A stretch of DNA of 64,000 nucleotides from Chloroflexota bacterium (lineage in GTDB: Bacteria; Chloroflexota; Anaerolineae; Anaerolineales; UBA11579): positions 3,792 through 67,791 of the forward strand of contig VRUJ01000006.1 in assembly GCA_019456165.1 (NCBI GenBank), given 5' to 3'. The notes under the pieces were generated by a model that saw only the letters and a program-made list of their open reading frames with translations, was not told the DNA's origin and searched no databases. Position numbers and translations under genes: made by a program. Shown here piece after piece: positions 50,329 to 61,447 of the stretch (position 1 is the first letter of the stretch; each line of letters starts with the position of its first letter).

Positions 50329-51582
50329 TTACACCCAACCGCGCAGCTGCATCGCCTCGGCGACGCGGTTAATGGCTACCATGTAGGCGGCCAAACGGTT
50401 GTGTACTTCGTGTTCCTGGGCAGTCTCGTGTACCGTGTGGAAGGCGGCAGTCATTTTCTTATCCAGACGTTTGTGTACCTCTTCTTCCTCCCAGTAATAA
50501 TCATAGGCGTTTTGCACCATCTCAAAGTACGAAACGGTAACGCCGCCCGCGTTGGCCAGAAAATCCGGGATAACGTAGGTGCCGTTCTTGTGCAGTATCT
50601 TATCAGCTTCCGGCGTGGTGGGGCCGTTGGCTAATTCAACGCTGACTTTGGCTTTTATGCGCTCTGCATTCTCAGCAGTGATCACATTCTCAAGCGCGGA
50701 GGGGAAGAGCACGTCGACGTCCAATTCGAGCAGCTCTTCATTGGTGACCTCTTTAGCTCCCTTAAAGCCAGCTACCTTGCCTGTATCTTGCTTGTGCTTG
50801 AAGACTTCTGCGTACTTCATGCCGTCAGGGTTGTAGATGCCCCCCCGGGAGTCGGAGACAGCCACGATCTTCAGTCCGAGCAGTTCTTCTCCCAGCTTGT
50901 GGGCAAAAGAGCCAGCATTACCGTAGCCTTGGACGGCCGCGGTAGCGCCTTTTAGCTCCAGGCCGAGCACTTTGCCTGCCTCGCGCAATGTGAAGATACC
51001 GCCGCGTGCAGTAGCATCGCCGCGTCCAGCAGAGCCGCCCAGGGGCAGCGGTTTACCTGTGATCACGCCGAACTCGTTCTCGCCTTTCATAAAGGAGTAT
51101 TCATCCATCATCCAGGCCATGATCTGCGGAGTGGTGTACACGTCCGGAGCAAGCACGTCTTTCTCCAGGCCGATGATGCGGCCAACCTGGCGGATATATG
51201 CCCGGCTGAGGCGTTCCAGCTCGCCAGGTGACATGCTGCGCGGGTCGCAGACCACGCCGCCTTTGCCGCCGCCCAGAGGGATATCGACAACGGCGCATTT
51301 CCAGGTCATCCATGCTGCCAGAGCGCGCACGGTGTCGATGGTTTCCTCGAAATGGAAACGGATGCCGCCCTTCGTGGGGCCGCGCGAGTCGTTGTACTGC
51401 ACGCGGAAACCCTGGAAAATTTTGGTGCTGCCGTCATCCATCTTGACCGGCAGGGTAACGTGCAGTTCACGCAGCGGTGTGCGCAAAAGTTGGTGGGTGG
51501 CCGGGTCTAATTTGAGCTGTTCCGCGGCCTCATCCAATTGCGCCTGCGCGATTGCAAAAGGATTAAGTTGTTCTGAAGACAT
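50329..51582 (-). CDS. gdhA: Glu/Leu/Phe/Val dehydrogenase (glutamate dehydrogenase)
   Basis: Catalytic lysine box PLGGGKGGV and the NAD(P) motif [10 protein letters not shown]-like ([12 protein letters not shown]). Confidence 0.9.
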   Translation of the reverse strand: MSSEQLNPFAIAQAQLDEAAEQLKLDPATHQLLRTPLRELHVTLPVKMDDGSTKIFQGFRVQYNDSRGPTKGGIRFHFEETIDTVRALAAWMTWKCAVVDIPLGGGKGGVVCDPRSMSPGELERLSRAYIRQVGRIIGLEKDVLAPDVYTTPQIMAWMMDEYSFMKGENEFGVITGKPLPLGGSAGRGDATARGGIFTLREAGKVLGLELKGATAAVQGYGNAGSFAHKLGEELLGLKIVAVSDSRGGIYNPDGMKYAEVFKHKQDTGKVAGFKGAKEVTNEELLELDVDVLFPSALENVITAENAERIKAKVSVELANGPTTPEADKILHKNGTYVIPDFLANAGGVTVSYFEMVQNAYDYYWEEEEVHKRLDKKMTAAFHTVHETAQEHEVHNRLAAYMVAINRVAEAMQLRGWV

Positions 51583-51942
51583 GTGTCCTCCTAAAAAGGA
51601 TTGTGGGATTTGGCGAAGAACCCCACATCCTGTGGGGGCTTCTGGGTTGGTAAAAATTCTTATTACTCGTTTTTTATAACAATTTGGCGGGTTGCGAACT
51701 TAAAATATGAGCGGACATCTCGGTGAGTGTCCGCTAAAATTTCTTATCCTTTTGCTTCTGGGCAACCAGCGCTTGTTCATGGCAAAATAATCCGTATGCC
51801 AGTTATTTTGTCGTCTCCGACAGCCGAATTAGAACGCAAAACATGCCAGCCGTCAAGTGATAAATATCACTTATTAGCTTGCAGGCTTGATAGCGTTTAC
51901 TGGGGATTTAGCCCTGGATAACCACGGTAAAAGCTCGGGAAA

Positions 51943-52512
51943 TTAAGGCTCCCACACCTGAACGCTGTCACCCACATTTATTTTGCCGGGTTTTTCCACC
52001 CAGGCAACCAGGCCGCGTTTGCTCAGCGCAGCTTTAGGAAAAGCAGTGGTGAGGCCGCTCTTATCTGTATAGTTATCTTGCACTACCTGCCCGGGCGCGG
52101 TGCAAGGAGGGTTGGAGTCCTCAACAACCAAACCGGCTCCCTGCGAAAATATCAGGCGTGTGCCGGAAGGCAGTTGAGTGAGGTCGCCAATTCCGGAGAG
52201 TAACAGATTAGCGCCCAGCCATGCGGATTGCAGTTCGGGGACATCGAGTATTGCGGCGATTTTAGCCAATTCTTCTTCGGAGACCAGCGAAACCTGGCGC
52301 GTGTTGCGCACCTCACTATCACGCGAGTAAAAATCGGGGCTGTCCGCGGACATACTCACGCCGGCATGTTTATCACCTTCGACCCCGTCCCAGGTAAGGG
52401 TGATTTGCTGTTCAGATGTTGAAATAGGCGACATATCTGGGTGCATGACCAGGGCCGCCTTGACAATTCCTGTGTGTGTTTGTTTCATGAATTTATCATA
52501 ATATAGACCCAA
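51943..52512 (-). CDS. MOSC-domain protein
   Basis: 189 aa with a MOSC beta-barrel pattern and a conserved Cys near the C-terminus (..PPCTAPG..). Confidence 0.55.
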   Translation of the reverse strand: MGLYYDKFMKQTHTGIVKAALVMHPDMSPISTSEQQITLTWDGVEGDKHAGVSMSADSPDFYSRDSEVRNTRQVSLVSEEELAKIAAILDVPELQSAWLGANLLLSGIGDLTQLPSGTRLIFSQGAGLVVEDSNPPCTAPGQVVQDNYTDKSGLTTAFPKAALSKRGLVAWVEKPGKINVGDSVQVWEP

Positions 52513-52707
52513 TTAGTCCGCAAGGCTGGATTAGGGGGCTAGCTGGCGACTAAAGGCGCAGCCACGGTGGCGAAACCCGCCCCGCGGCGTACTGAATCCC
52601 AAGCAGGGGGGGCTTTGCAGGTGAGTGGGGCAGTTTTAACTGTCGCTATCATCTCCCCCCAACTAGCTGCTAGGTTGGCGAAAGTGTGGGTGAGCTGGTT
52701 TTTCATT

Positions 52708-54093
52708 CTATTCTGGCTCTTCACCCCAACCTAAAGCAAACGGGGCATAAGGAGCATAACTAATTATTTCTTTGGAGTCAATATTTAAGGTATATAGATC
52801 TCTAATTCCACCGGTTGTTGCAGAAATTGCTAAATACTGTCCATCACCCGATATTGCTGCTTGATCATACGATAGATTAAGGATGTATGGCGCTTCTGGA
52901 TTCGATAGATTATTTATTAAATCCGAAACACTCCAGATTACCTCTAATGTCTCTAAGTCAATTACTTGCCAACATGGAACATCTTCAAGAATTTCTCCTG
53001 TACCAAAAAAGTTGCTATATTCAGGACAAGATATATTCCCAGTTCCTCTTGCGTAAACTAACAACCGATTCCCATCTTGAGACCATTCGAGTAGACGACT
53101 GTCATACTGAAATACCTCCGAATGCCAATATGCTGCACCTTTAAGAATTTGGGCCTGTATACCTTCGGCGCTAGCGATATATAAATAATCTTCTGAATCA
53201 TTTGGATCGAAATAAGCAACTTGCTGTCCATCTGGTGACCACCCCCAATTATATCTGCTAGCCTCCTGCTTAGAGACAAGAATATTTTCAGGCTCAACCT
53301 CACTAGACCAAATCTCTCCCCCCCACTCGATCACTGCGTATTCACTCTCATCTTCGGAAGACACGCACCAGGTTGCTAGTCCACCGCTATTTTGGGAAAA
53401 TGCCACCCAAACGCAATCATAATTCCATTCTTCAATGCTTTCTGTATCTACATGATAAATTAAATCTTGGTTATTATCTTCTTTGAAATCTATGATTAAG
53501 TGATTATCATCAGCCGACCAAAGTAAAGCAACATCTCGAGTATATGGGTCATTATTAATTGAGTATTCTCCTTCAATATCTGTAAAAATCGTAACAGGGT
53601 TTTCGAAAGCGATATCCGATATCCATAATTTTGCGGGTGTGCTAGGTATCCAATATGCAATTTTATCTGCCGTATTTGAAAATTCAAAGTAGCTTGCTTC
53701 CCCCGGGCCACCATCTCCATCTGAAAGGTTTGAGTGTGGAGTATCTAAATAATTGACCATTTCTGGTATTCCGATGTTTAGATCTAGATATAAATAGCCT
53801 AAAAAAATGAAATCTTGTACATAGACTACATAATTTACTTCATCCTCGACAGGAGTTGGTGTAAGGATTATGGTTGGATTCGTCGGTAATGGGGTCTTAG
53901 TGTGCGTAGAACTGGGCGAAGGTAGCGGTGTAGAGGTGGTGGTCGGCGAGAGCATAGATGTGGCAGTTTCTACAGCGTGAGTTTCAACAGTTAGGCTGCA
54001 CCCCATGAGAGATAGCCAGATGAGGAGGGGGATGATTGGCTTGGTAATAAAAGACATGGGCTGCTGGGTTAGCCCTCCTAAAAGGTTATTCAT
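52708..54093 (-). CDS. Secreted hypothetical protein (signal peptide, Thr/Pro-rich linker, probable beta-propeller/TolB-like domain)
   Basis: N-terminal signal/TM segment, a TPT-rich linker, and WS/DG-rich repeats. Confidence 0.5.
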   Translation of the reverse strand: MNNLLGGLTQQPMSFITKPIIPLLIWLSLMGCSLTVETHAVETATSMLSPTTTSTPLPSPSSTHTKTPLPTNPTIILTPTPVEDEVNYVVYVQDFIFLGYLYLDLNIGIPEMVNYLDTPHSNLSDGDGGPGEASYFEFSNTADKIAYWIPSTPAKLWISDIAFENPVTIFTDIEGEYSINNDPYTRDVALLWSADDNHLIIDFKEDNNQDLIYHVDTESIEEWNYDCVWVAFSQNSGGLATWCVSSEDESEYAVIEWGGEIWSSEVEPENILVSKQEASRYNWGWSPDGQQVAYFDPNDSEDYLYIASAEGIQAQILKGAAYWHSEVFQYDSRLLEWSQDGNRLLVYARGTGNISCPEYSNFFGTGEILEDVPCWQVIDLETLEVIWSVSDLINNLSNPEAPYILNLSYDQAAISGDGQYLAISATTGGIRDLYTLNIDSKEIISYAPYAPFALGWGEEPE

Positions 54094-55553
54094 CTCCCCT
54101 CACTCAGCTCCTCAAGTTGGCGGTCTAGTTCAGCACGCAGCAGCCGAGGGTTAGCTTTGCCCTCAGCCGCCTGCATCACCTGCCCAAACAGCCAGCCGGA
54201 GAGGGCTTGTTTGCCGCCCAGATACTCGGCCACCTGGTTTGGGTTGCCCAACAACACCCCCTGCACCCAGTGGGCGATCTGCTCTGGGTCTGAGATCTGC
54301 TGCAAGCCGCGCGCCTTTACGATAGCCGCGGCGCTCTCACCGCTGGTGAGCATTTCTTCTAATACTTCCTTGGCGGTGTTCTGGTTGATGTGCTCCGCGT
54401 CCACCAGCTTGATCAACCCAGCTAGATCCTCTGCCGGGAGGTTTAGCTGTTCAATGCCAACATCCTGCTGGCGCATCAAACCAAACAGCTCTCCGCTGAT
54501 CCAGTTGGCGGCCAGCTTGGGGGGCGCGTCCGCGGCAACCACGGCCTCGAAATAATCGGCCACCGCTTCATCGGCCACCAACACGCCGGCATCGTATGCG
54601 TTCAGGTCATATTCTGCTTGAAAGCGCTTGAACTTGGCATGCGGCAATTCCGGTAGGGAGGCACGAATTTCATCTACCCAATCCTGCTCGATAACCAGGG
54701 GTGGCAGGTCCGGCTCGGGGAAGTAACGGTAATCATCCGCGTCTTCCTTGGAGCGCTGCGAGACGGTTGCTTGTTCGGCCTCGTCCCAGCCCACCGTTTC
54801 CTGGACCACATCTTTACCCTGCAGCAATAACTCCGTTTGGCGCTCAATTTCGTAGGTCACACCGCGCTCGAGGGCCCGGAAGCTGTTCAGGTTCTTGATC
54901 TCTGTGCGCGTCCCCAAAGTGCGCGACCCCACCGGGCGAATGGATACATTAGGCTCAATGCGGAAAAAGCCTTTTTCCAGGTTGCCGCTGTTGACCCCTA
55001 GATAGCGCAAGATGCTGCGCAGGCCAAAAGCATAGGCGCGCACCGCCTTTGCCGAGTGCATATCCGGCTGGCTGACGATCTCTAATAAGGGCAGTCCAGA
55101 GCGGTTGAGGTCCACTAACGAGTAAGTTTCGCCGTCCTCGTTCAAGTGGGTGAGCTTGCCGGTGTCTTCTTCGAGATGCACGCGGCGAATGCGGATGGTC
55201 TGCTCGCCTTGAGAAGTGTCGATTTTGAGGCGGCCGTTGCGCGCTAGTGGCTGTTCGTATTGGGATATCTGGTAGCCTTTGGGCAGGTCGGGGTAAAAGT
55301 AGGATTTGCGGGCAAAGATGCTGGTCGTGGCTATTTCACACTCCAGAGCCAATGCGACGCGCAGGGCATATTCGACCGCTGCGTGGTTGACTACCGGCAA
55401 CGTCCCTGGCATGCCCGAACATACCGGACACACAGCCACGTTGGGCTGCTCGTGGGTGGATGCCACCAGGCGGCAGTCGCAGAACATCTTCGAGCGCGTC
55501 TCGAGAACTGCGTGTATCTCTAAACCAATGACAGGTTCAAACTCTGGGTGCAT
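54090..55553 (-). CDS. gatB: Asp-tRNA(Asn)/Glu-tRNA(Gln) amidotransferase subunit B
   Basis: MHPEFEPVIGLEIHAVLETRSKMFC... matches the canonical GatB N-terminus, and a GatB/YqeY-like tail follows. Confidence 0.9.
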   Translation of the reverse strand: MHPEFEPVIGLEIHAVLETRSKMFCDCRLVASTHEQPNVAVCPVCSGMPGTLPVVNHAAVEYALRVALALECEIATTSIFARKSYFYPDLPKGYQISQYEQPLARNGRLKIDTSQGEQTIRIRRVHLEEDTGKLTHLNEDGETYSLVDLNRSGLPLLEIVSQPDMHSAKAVRAYAFGLRSILRYLGVNSGNLEKGFFRIEPNVSIRPVGSRTLGTRTEIKNLNSFRALERGVTYEIERQTELLLQGKDVVQETVGWDEAEQATVSQRSKEDADDYRYFPEPDLPPLVIEQDWVDEIRASLPELPHAKFKRFQAEYDLNAYDAGVLVADEAVADYFEAVVAADAPPKLAANWISGELFGLMRQQDVGIEQLNLPAEDLAGLIKLVDAEHINQNTAKEVLEEMLTSGESAAAIVKARGLQQISDPEQIAHWVQGVLLGNPNQVAEYLGGKQALSGWLFGQVMQAAEGKANPRLLRAELDRQLEELSEGR

Positions 55554-55563
55554 AAAAACCCCT

Positions 55564-56727
55564 CTAGCTAACCTTGCTCACGAAGCGCTCAATGCGCTCT
55601 AAAGCCTGTTCAATGTTTTCGTAGGCAGTGGCATACGAACAGCGCACAAAGCCCTCGCCACCCGCGCCAAAGGCCGAGCCGGGCACCAGCGCTACGCGTT
55701 CTTTATCCAGCAGTTCTTGGGCGAATGTGGTGTCATCCAAACCACTGGGAGTTATATCCGGGAAGGCGTAGAACGCGCCGCGTGGCTCAAATGTGGGCAA
55801 ACCGATCTCGTTCAAGCCATCCACTATCAAGCGCCGCCGCCGGTCGTATTCATCCCTCATATCCGCCACGTGTTGTTGACCCACTTTGATAGCTTCCATT
55901 GCTGCCATTTGCGCAGTGGTGGGCGCGGACATGATGATGTATTGGTGCACGCGCAGCAAACCATCAATAACATCCGCGGGACCTGCCGCATAGCCCACGC
56001 GCCAGCCTGTCATGGCGTAATCTTTAGAAAAACCACCCAGCAGGATGGTGCGCTCTTTCATGCCCGGCAGGGATGAGAAACACACATGTGGCTGGCCGTA
56101 AACCAATTGGTCGTATATCTCATCCGAGATCACGATCAGGTCATGCTGCTCAGCAATACGCGAAAGTTCCAGCAAGACTTCCCGCGAGGCAACTGCCCCG
56201 GTGGGATTATTGGGATAGCCGACCAACACTGCCTTGGTGCGCGGGGTGATGGCTACTTCCACTGCCTGGGGGTCTAATTGGAAGTTATCTTCAAACTGGC
56301 TGGGCACCTCAACAGGAACTCCGCCAGCCAGCAAAACATCTGCTTGATAAGAAACGAAGCAGGGCGTGGGGATGATGACCTCGTCGCCGGGGTTTAGTAA
56401 AGCCATCATGGCAATGTGCAGCGCCTCGGAGACCCCGACGGTTATTACCAGCTCATTCCCCGGGTCGTAGGCCACCTCGTAAAGCTGCCGCAGATGTTCC
56501 GAAACTGTCTCACGCACCTCAAATATGCCCGCGTTGGATGTGTAGCTGGTTTCCCCGGCTTGCAAAGAACTAATGCCAGCTTGCAGGATAGGTTGGGGAG
56601 TGACAAAATCTGGCTCGCCAATTCCTAGGGAGATGACATCATCCATCGTGGCTACTATGTCAAAAAACACGCGAATACCAGAAGGCGGCAAGTTTACGAC
56701 TTTCTCAGAGAGATAATGTTTCGACAC
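55564..56727 (-). CDS. Class I/II pyridoxal-phosphate aminotransferase (AspAT-like)
   Basis: PLP-lysine region LGGFSKDYAMTGWRVGY. 387 aa. Confidence 0.85.
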   Translation of the reverse strand: MSKHYLSEKVVNLPPSGIRVFFDIVATMDDVISLGIGEPDFVTPQPILQAGISSLQAGETSYTSNAGIFEVRETVSEHLRQLYEVAYDPGNELVITVGVSEALHIAMMALLNPGDEVIIPTPCFVSYQADVLLAGGVPVEVPSQFEDNFQLDPQAVEVAITPRTKAVLVGYPNNPTGAVASREVLLELSRIAEQHDLIVISDEIYDQLVYGQPHVCFSSLPGMKERTILLGGFSKDYAMTGWRVGYAAGPADVIDGLLRVHQYIIMSAPTTAQMAAMEAIKVGQQHVADMRDEYDRRRRLIVDGLNEIGLPTFEPRGAFYAFPDITPSGLDDTTFAQELLDKERVALVPGSAFGAGGEGFVRCSYATAYENIEQALERIERFVSKVS

Positions 56728-57010
56728 ACTCGCTCCTTTATTGTGATATTAATTTTGATTTTATGTTGAGTTCAAGGCTGCGCACCAGCGCCTCGCAGCA
56801 CATAACACAGCTTTATTATTAAATTCCGCCTAATTGTAACATCAACCGATAATAACCAAGAACAATGGGCTTAGGCCCCTTGTTGGGAATAACATATATT
56901 TTGGTTTCCGAAACCCTTCGGGTTTGATCCTCTTTTATCAAGGTATCCCCAGCGCTTTTCCCCTCTCGATTAAGTATTTAAATTAAAACCCCTTGCCCCA
57001 GAGAACTTGA

Positions 57011-57226
57011 TCACACCACCCAGATGCGCCACTCGTCAGCATGCTCCGAGTAGACAAGCTCAAAGGAGAGGCCGTCAGTCGTACGCACGCGGAAATGCTT
57101 GCCCTGCGGGGTCTGCCATTCTGCCTCAACCACAGATATTTTTAAACGCTCACCTTCCCAGTGCAGCGCGCTGGGATATTCAGCATATGTGTACCCAGAA
57201 TGGCATTCAACCAAAGCGCTCATCAA
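57011..57226 (-). CDS. Small conserved hypothetical protein
   Basis: 71-aa ORF whose stop overlaps the start of the upstream nucleotidyltransferase (ATGA-type overlap), suggesting co-translation. Confidence 0.4.
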   Translation of the reverse strand: MMSALVECHSGYTYAEYPSALHWEGERLKISVVEAEWQTPQGKHFRVRTTDGLSFELVYSEHADEWRIWVV

Positions 57227-58242
57227 GTCTGCTTTACTTCTGCATCCTCCCCAATATTCAAAGAACCTGAGACACCCTGCACCTGCGCTCTAGCCCCAAT
57301 CAGAGAAGCGCTCAATTCTGCATCTCTCACCTGGGCGCTGTGCTCAAGCACGCTGTCTACAATTTTGCTGCCGGTTACCACACAACCCTCTGCGATGGAG
57401 ACATGCGGGCCAATCCTCGAGTTTTCGATTGCCGCCTTGGGGTGAATGAACACAGGCGGAATAATCTCCACACCCTCCCGTTTGGCAACTTCATCCGAGT
57501 TGGCCCTACCGTTTTCCAGAAGATAGCGGTTGGTCTCCAAGACCGTTTCCGGTAATCCGGTATCCAACCACACATCCACAGTTTGGGGCCGCATTTTAAG
57601 ACCTCCTTGCAGCATAATACTCATCGCATCCGCTAGATAGAATTCACCTTTGGTCTGGATATTATCCTTGATCTGCTGGGCAATCGCGGAGAGCAAAGTC
57701 TCGCCTTGCTTGAAATAATAAAATCCGATGATTGCCCGATTATTGTTGATATCATCCGGCTTTTCAATCATCCCAGCAACCCAGCCAGCCTCATCTACCT
57801 CCACTACGCCAAAGCGGCGCGGGTCCTCGACCTCTTTCACCCAGATAACGGCCTCCGCAGGTTCCTCTGCTAGAAAGGAAAAATCTTCAGTGGGGCTGAT
57901 CGTATCCACAAACATTATCAGTGTGGGGCCGCTGATGTACTCGCGCGCCAGCTGTATGGCGTGCGATTGGCCGCGCCTTTCTTCCTGTTCAACAAAATGG
58001 GCTTTGATATCAGGATAATTCGTCTGCATAAATGTCTCAACCTGGTCTCCCAGGTAACCGACGATGAAGATGAATTCAGCATTCTGCACATCAGGGACGG
58101 TGCCAAGTATGTCAAACACGTGATCGAGCACAGTTTTTCCCGCTACGCTGACCAACGGCTTGGGTTTGCTCCAGGTGTGCGGGCGCAGGCGTGTGCCGTA
58201 ACCCGCCATGGGGATGACGATCTTTAAGTTATCTTTTGGCAA
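57223..58242 (-). CDS. Sugar-1-phosphate nucleotidyltransferase with C-terminal left-handed beta-helix (hexapeptide) domain
   Basis: N-terminal VIPMAGYGTRLRP (G-x-G-T-R-L). C-terminal hexapeptide repeats. Confidence 0.8.
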   Translation of the reverse strand: MPKDNLKIVIPMAGYGTRLRPHTWSKPKPLVSVAGKTVLDHVFDILGTVPDVQNAEFIFIVGYLGDQVETFMQTNYPDIKAHFVEQEERRGQSHAIQLAREYISGPTLIMFVDTISPTEDFSFLAEEPAEAVIWVKEVEDPRRFGVVEVDEAGWVAGMIEKPDDINNNRAIIGFYYFKQGETLLSAIAQQIKDNIQTKGEFYLADAMSIMLQGGLKMRPQTVDVWLDTGLPETVLETNRYLLENGRANSDEVAKREGVEIIPPVFIHPKAAIENSRIGPHVSIAEGCVVTGSKIVDSVLEHSAQVRDAELSASLIGARAQVQGVSGSLNIGEDAEVKQT

Positions 58243-58281
58243 ATTTACCTCCCGGCTTGTCTATAGATAGAGAACAATGTC

Positions 58282-58881
58282 TCATATTTTCCTGCATACC
58301 AACAATCCCTTGCCAAGCGGCACAACAATGGAATCAACACGCTCGTCCTTCTCTGCCTTATCTACCAAGGGCTGCAGGTGTTGTTCGTGACTGATGACGT
58401 TATCGGCTACCAAGAATCCCCCACTCACCAGGCTGGGGACCACCATATCGTAGAACTCAGCATACATCTCTTTTTCGGCGTCCAGAAAAAAGAAAGCGAT
58501 TTCATCATAATCAGACATATGGCCGCGCGCATCGCCATGTATCAACTCCACAAAGGCAGCGACTTTAGCTTTTTTGAAAGTCTTCTTGGCAATGCTCACC
58601 TTATCGGGAAGCAGCTCAAAAGTTAGCAGCTTCTCGCCGCGCAGCTTGCAGGCCAGTGAGAGCCACAAAGCAGAATATCCCGCACTAGTACCGATCTCAA
58701 GCAGCGAGCCTTCTGGCACGCCAGCAGCCATTATCGCTAGGAACTTGCCTGTTTCCGGAGGAATTTGGCGCAAACGTTCCAAATTTGGCGTACCGTCCTC
58801 TCGGTCGCGCGTATCAATCTCTTCCAGATCCTTCATGCGATCTAGGATAGGTTTTGGAATGTCATTAAACATAACAATCAA
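58282..58881 (-). CDS. Class I SAM-dependent O-methyltransferase (family 3, caffeoyl-CoA OMT-like)
   Basis: LEIGTSAGYSALWL motif I. 199 aa. Confidence 0.75.
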   Translation of the reverse strand: MIVMFNDIPKPILDRMKDLEEIDTRDREDGTPNLERLRQIPPETGKFLAIMAAGVPEGSLLEIGTSAGYSALWLSLACKLRGEKLLTFELLPDKVSIAKKTFKKAKVAAFVELIHGDARGHMSDYDEIAFFFLDAEKEMYAEFYDMVVPSLVSGGFLVADNVISHEQHLQPLVDKAEKDERVDSIVVPLGKGLLVCRKI

Positions 58882-59238
58882 CCTCCCTTATAATTGTAAG
58901 GCATTTTATTAGTTACCGGGTCTTTTCTGTTAGTATAAAGTAGCACCAATTATCAGTTTGTGTCTTTCAATAATTTAATCTTGGTTCGTGTAATTTTTAG
59001 CTGGTTACGAAGTAAACTGTGGCATCTTTTTTCAGAAGGCATGAAAACTCAATGGTCCCTAATGGTAAAATATCCTCAGCTAATAATAATCTCCTTTTTG
59101 CTCGCTGCGCATAAACCAAATAATCGGTTCAATCCAACCTGGTTTTTAACAGATAAATCTTCACTACAGAAAATATGGATACTGAGCATTCACGGTGCGA
59201 GATTATTTCAAGAAGTGAAATAAATATCCTGGTATTAC

Positions 59239-60396
59239 ATGCAAACTAAAAAACCCTCAATCCTTTTCCTTGGCACACAGATGGCCCTTGGTGGAGCGCA
59301 AACTGTCCAACTTACTCAAGCAGACTGGTTTCACAAACAAAGTTATCCTGTAACTGTTGCTTTTTTCTATGACAAAGAAGGTTTCGAGAATCGCTGGAAA
59401 AGCGATTTCGATTTCAGGGTCATTAATTTAAAGGGTTGGACGATTGAAGGAAAAAAGTTTAGTAATTACCTACGTCTAATAATCAGCTTATTCCGCCTAC
59501 TTCGTCTAATATTAAAGAATAAATTCGATATCGTTGAAACGTTCGGGATAGACAGCAATATATTTGGAATCCCTATTGCTTTCATCTGCGGAGTAAAAAA
59601 TCGTATTGGCACTCATCATGGATACACAGGAATTACTACGCAATCCAGATTAAAACTGCACAGTTTAATAATAAACAGCAAACTGACTACATATCTAATC
59701 ACAGTTTCAGATGCCTTAAAAACCCAGGTAATAAATAATGAAAATATTTCCGCCCATAAGGTGAAAGTCATAAAAAACGGCATTCAGTTATTTTCCGAAT
59801 ATGAGAATTCCCCCGTAAGCATGGAGGCTGTGCGCGCCTCATTAAATATTTCAAGAGATGAACATGTTGTACTTTCCGTTGGCCGCCTAGTTATTGAAAA
59901 AGGATTCCAATTCTTAATCGAAGCTATTCCACAGGTTCTTGAAGTTTTTCCTAATACTGTTTTTATCATCGTGGGGGGCGGCCACATGAAAGATACATTA
60001 AACATAACAGCTCAAAAATTGGGAATAGAAAAATCTCTCCGTTTGATAGGTAAACGCGAAGACATCAGAAACATTTTGCAGAGTTCCGATATCTTTGTCT
60101 TACCATCTTTGTCAGAAGGGCTGTCAATCGCAATTATGGAAGCTATGAATGTTGGTCTTCCAGTTATAGCATCTCGAGTAGGCGGAATCCCAGAGATAAT
60201 CCAACACGAAACAAATGGCTTTCTCATCTCCCCAAAAAGTTCCGATGCGATTGCCGATTCTATTATCGATCTGCTCAAAAATGATGCGGTCCGAAAAAGA
60301 ATGGGGCAGGCAGCTAAAGTACATATAAAAAAGAATTTCACACTCGAGGGTATGGCTTTGAAGTATGAAAAACTTTTTTATGAGCTTATGTTTTAA
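59239..60396 (+). CDS. Glycosyltransferase family 4 (low-GC, probably horizontally acquired)
   Basis: EGLSIAIMEAMNVGLPVIASRVGGIPEII. About 36% GC against a ~57% background. Confidence 0.8.
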   Translation: MQTKKPSILFLGTQMALGGAQTVQLTQADWFHKQSYPVTVAFFYDKEGFENRWKSDFDFRVINLKGWTIEGKKFSNYLRLIISLFRLLRLILKNKFDIVETFGIDSNIFGIPIAFICGVKNRIGTHHGYTGITTQSRLKLHSLIINSKLTTYLITVSDALKTQVINNENISAHKVKVIKNGIQLFSEYENSPVSMEAVRASLNISRDEHVVLSVGRLVIEKGFQFLIEAIPQVLEVFPNTVFIIVGGGHMKDTLNITAQKLGIEKSLRLIGKREDIRNILQSSDIFVLPSLSEGLSIAIMEAMNVGLPVIASRVGGIPEIIQHETNGFLISPKSSDAIADSIIDLLKNDAVRKRMGQAAKVHIKKNFTLEGMALKYEKLFYELMF

Positions 60397-60466
60397 TAAC
60401 CACTAAATTATGTCCTAGACTCTCGTTAGGTGAATCTCTGGGAATTTTAATTCAAGGCAGGTTACT

Positions 60467-61447
60467 TTAACGATGTCCCAATATCGGATGGGGTTGATAA
60501 AGTTCATCTAAGTGCTCGATTTCTTTATCGGTCAGTATGATCTCTAGCGCAGCTCCAGCTTCCTCTAAATGTTTCAGTTTAGAAGCCCCCACAATGGGCG
60601 CGGTAACCCCTGGTTTATGCAGCAACCAGGCAAGGGCTAGCTGTGCTGGACTGACATCCTTTTCTTTTGCTTTGGCTGTCAAGCGATCGACTATCTCAAA
60701 GTCTGTCTCTTGATAGTACATATTATGCGCAAAATCATCACTTTTTGAGCGCGTTGTCTCACCGCTCTTCTCGCGTGTGCGGTTACCGGCTAAAAAACCG
60801 CGTGCAAGGGGACTCCACGGAATTATGCCAACGCCTTGGTCCAGGCATAGGGGTATCATCTCGCGCTCTTCCTCACGGTAAACAAGGTTGTAATGATTCT
60901 GCATGGATACGAAACGTGTCCAGCCGTGTATATCAGCAACGTGTTGCGCTTTCGCGAACTGCCAGGCAAACATGCTGGATGCGCCTATATAGCGCACTTT
61001 GCCAGACATCACAAGGTCATGCAAGGCTTGCATCGTTTCTTCAATTGGGGTTTCATAATCCCAGCGGTGAATCTGGTAAAGGTCTATATAGTCCGTATCA
61101 AGGCGGCGCAGAGAATCTTCAACTGCGCGCATGATGTGCAGGCGGGAGAGACCGCCCTGGTTGGGTTTATCATCGTAAGGGAAATACACCTTGGTGGCGA
61201 TAACAACTTCCTCGCGCTTAGCAAAATCCTTGAGCGCCTGTCCGGTGATTTCTTCACTGACTCCATCCGAATACACATTGGCGGTATCGAAGAAGTTGAT
61301 ACCCATTTCCACGGCTTTTTGGATGAAAGGGCGGCTCTCTTCTTCATCAAGGATGTAATCACGCCATTTGGAGCTGCCATAACTCATCATCCCCAAACAG
61401 ATACGTGAGACTTTTAGGCCTGTGCGGCCAAGATTTTGATATTGCAT
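60467..61447 (-). CDS. Aldo/keto reductase
   Basis: N-terminal MQYQNLGRTGLKVSRICLGMMSYG and the IGASSMFAWQF motif. Confidence 0.85.
   Translation of the reverse strand: MQYQNLGRTGLKVSRICLGMMSYGSSKWRDYILDEEESRPFIQKAVEMGINFFDTANVYSDGVSEEITGQALKDFAKREEVVIATKVYFPYDDKPNQGGLSRLHIMRAVEDSLRRLDTDYIDLYQIHRWDYETPIEETMQALHDLVMSGKVRYIGASSMFAWQFAKAQHVADIHGWTRFVSMQNHYNLVYREEEREMIPLCLDQGVGIIPWSPLARGFLAGNRTREKSGETTRSKSDDFAHNMYYQETDFEIVDRLTAKAKEKDVSPAQLALAWLLHKPGVTAPIVGASKLKHLEEAGAALEIILTDKEIEHLDELYQPHPILGHR

Noticed and set aside
50972-51679. 235-aa plus-strand ORF opposite gdhA
   Set aside because: It is antisense to a canonical glutamate dehydrogenase gene.
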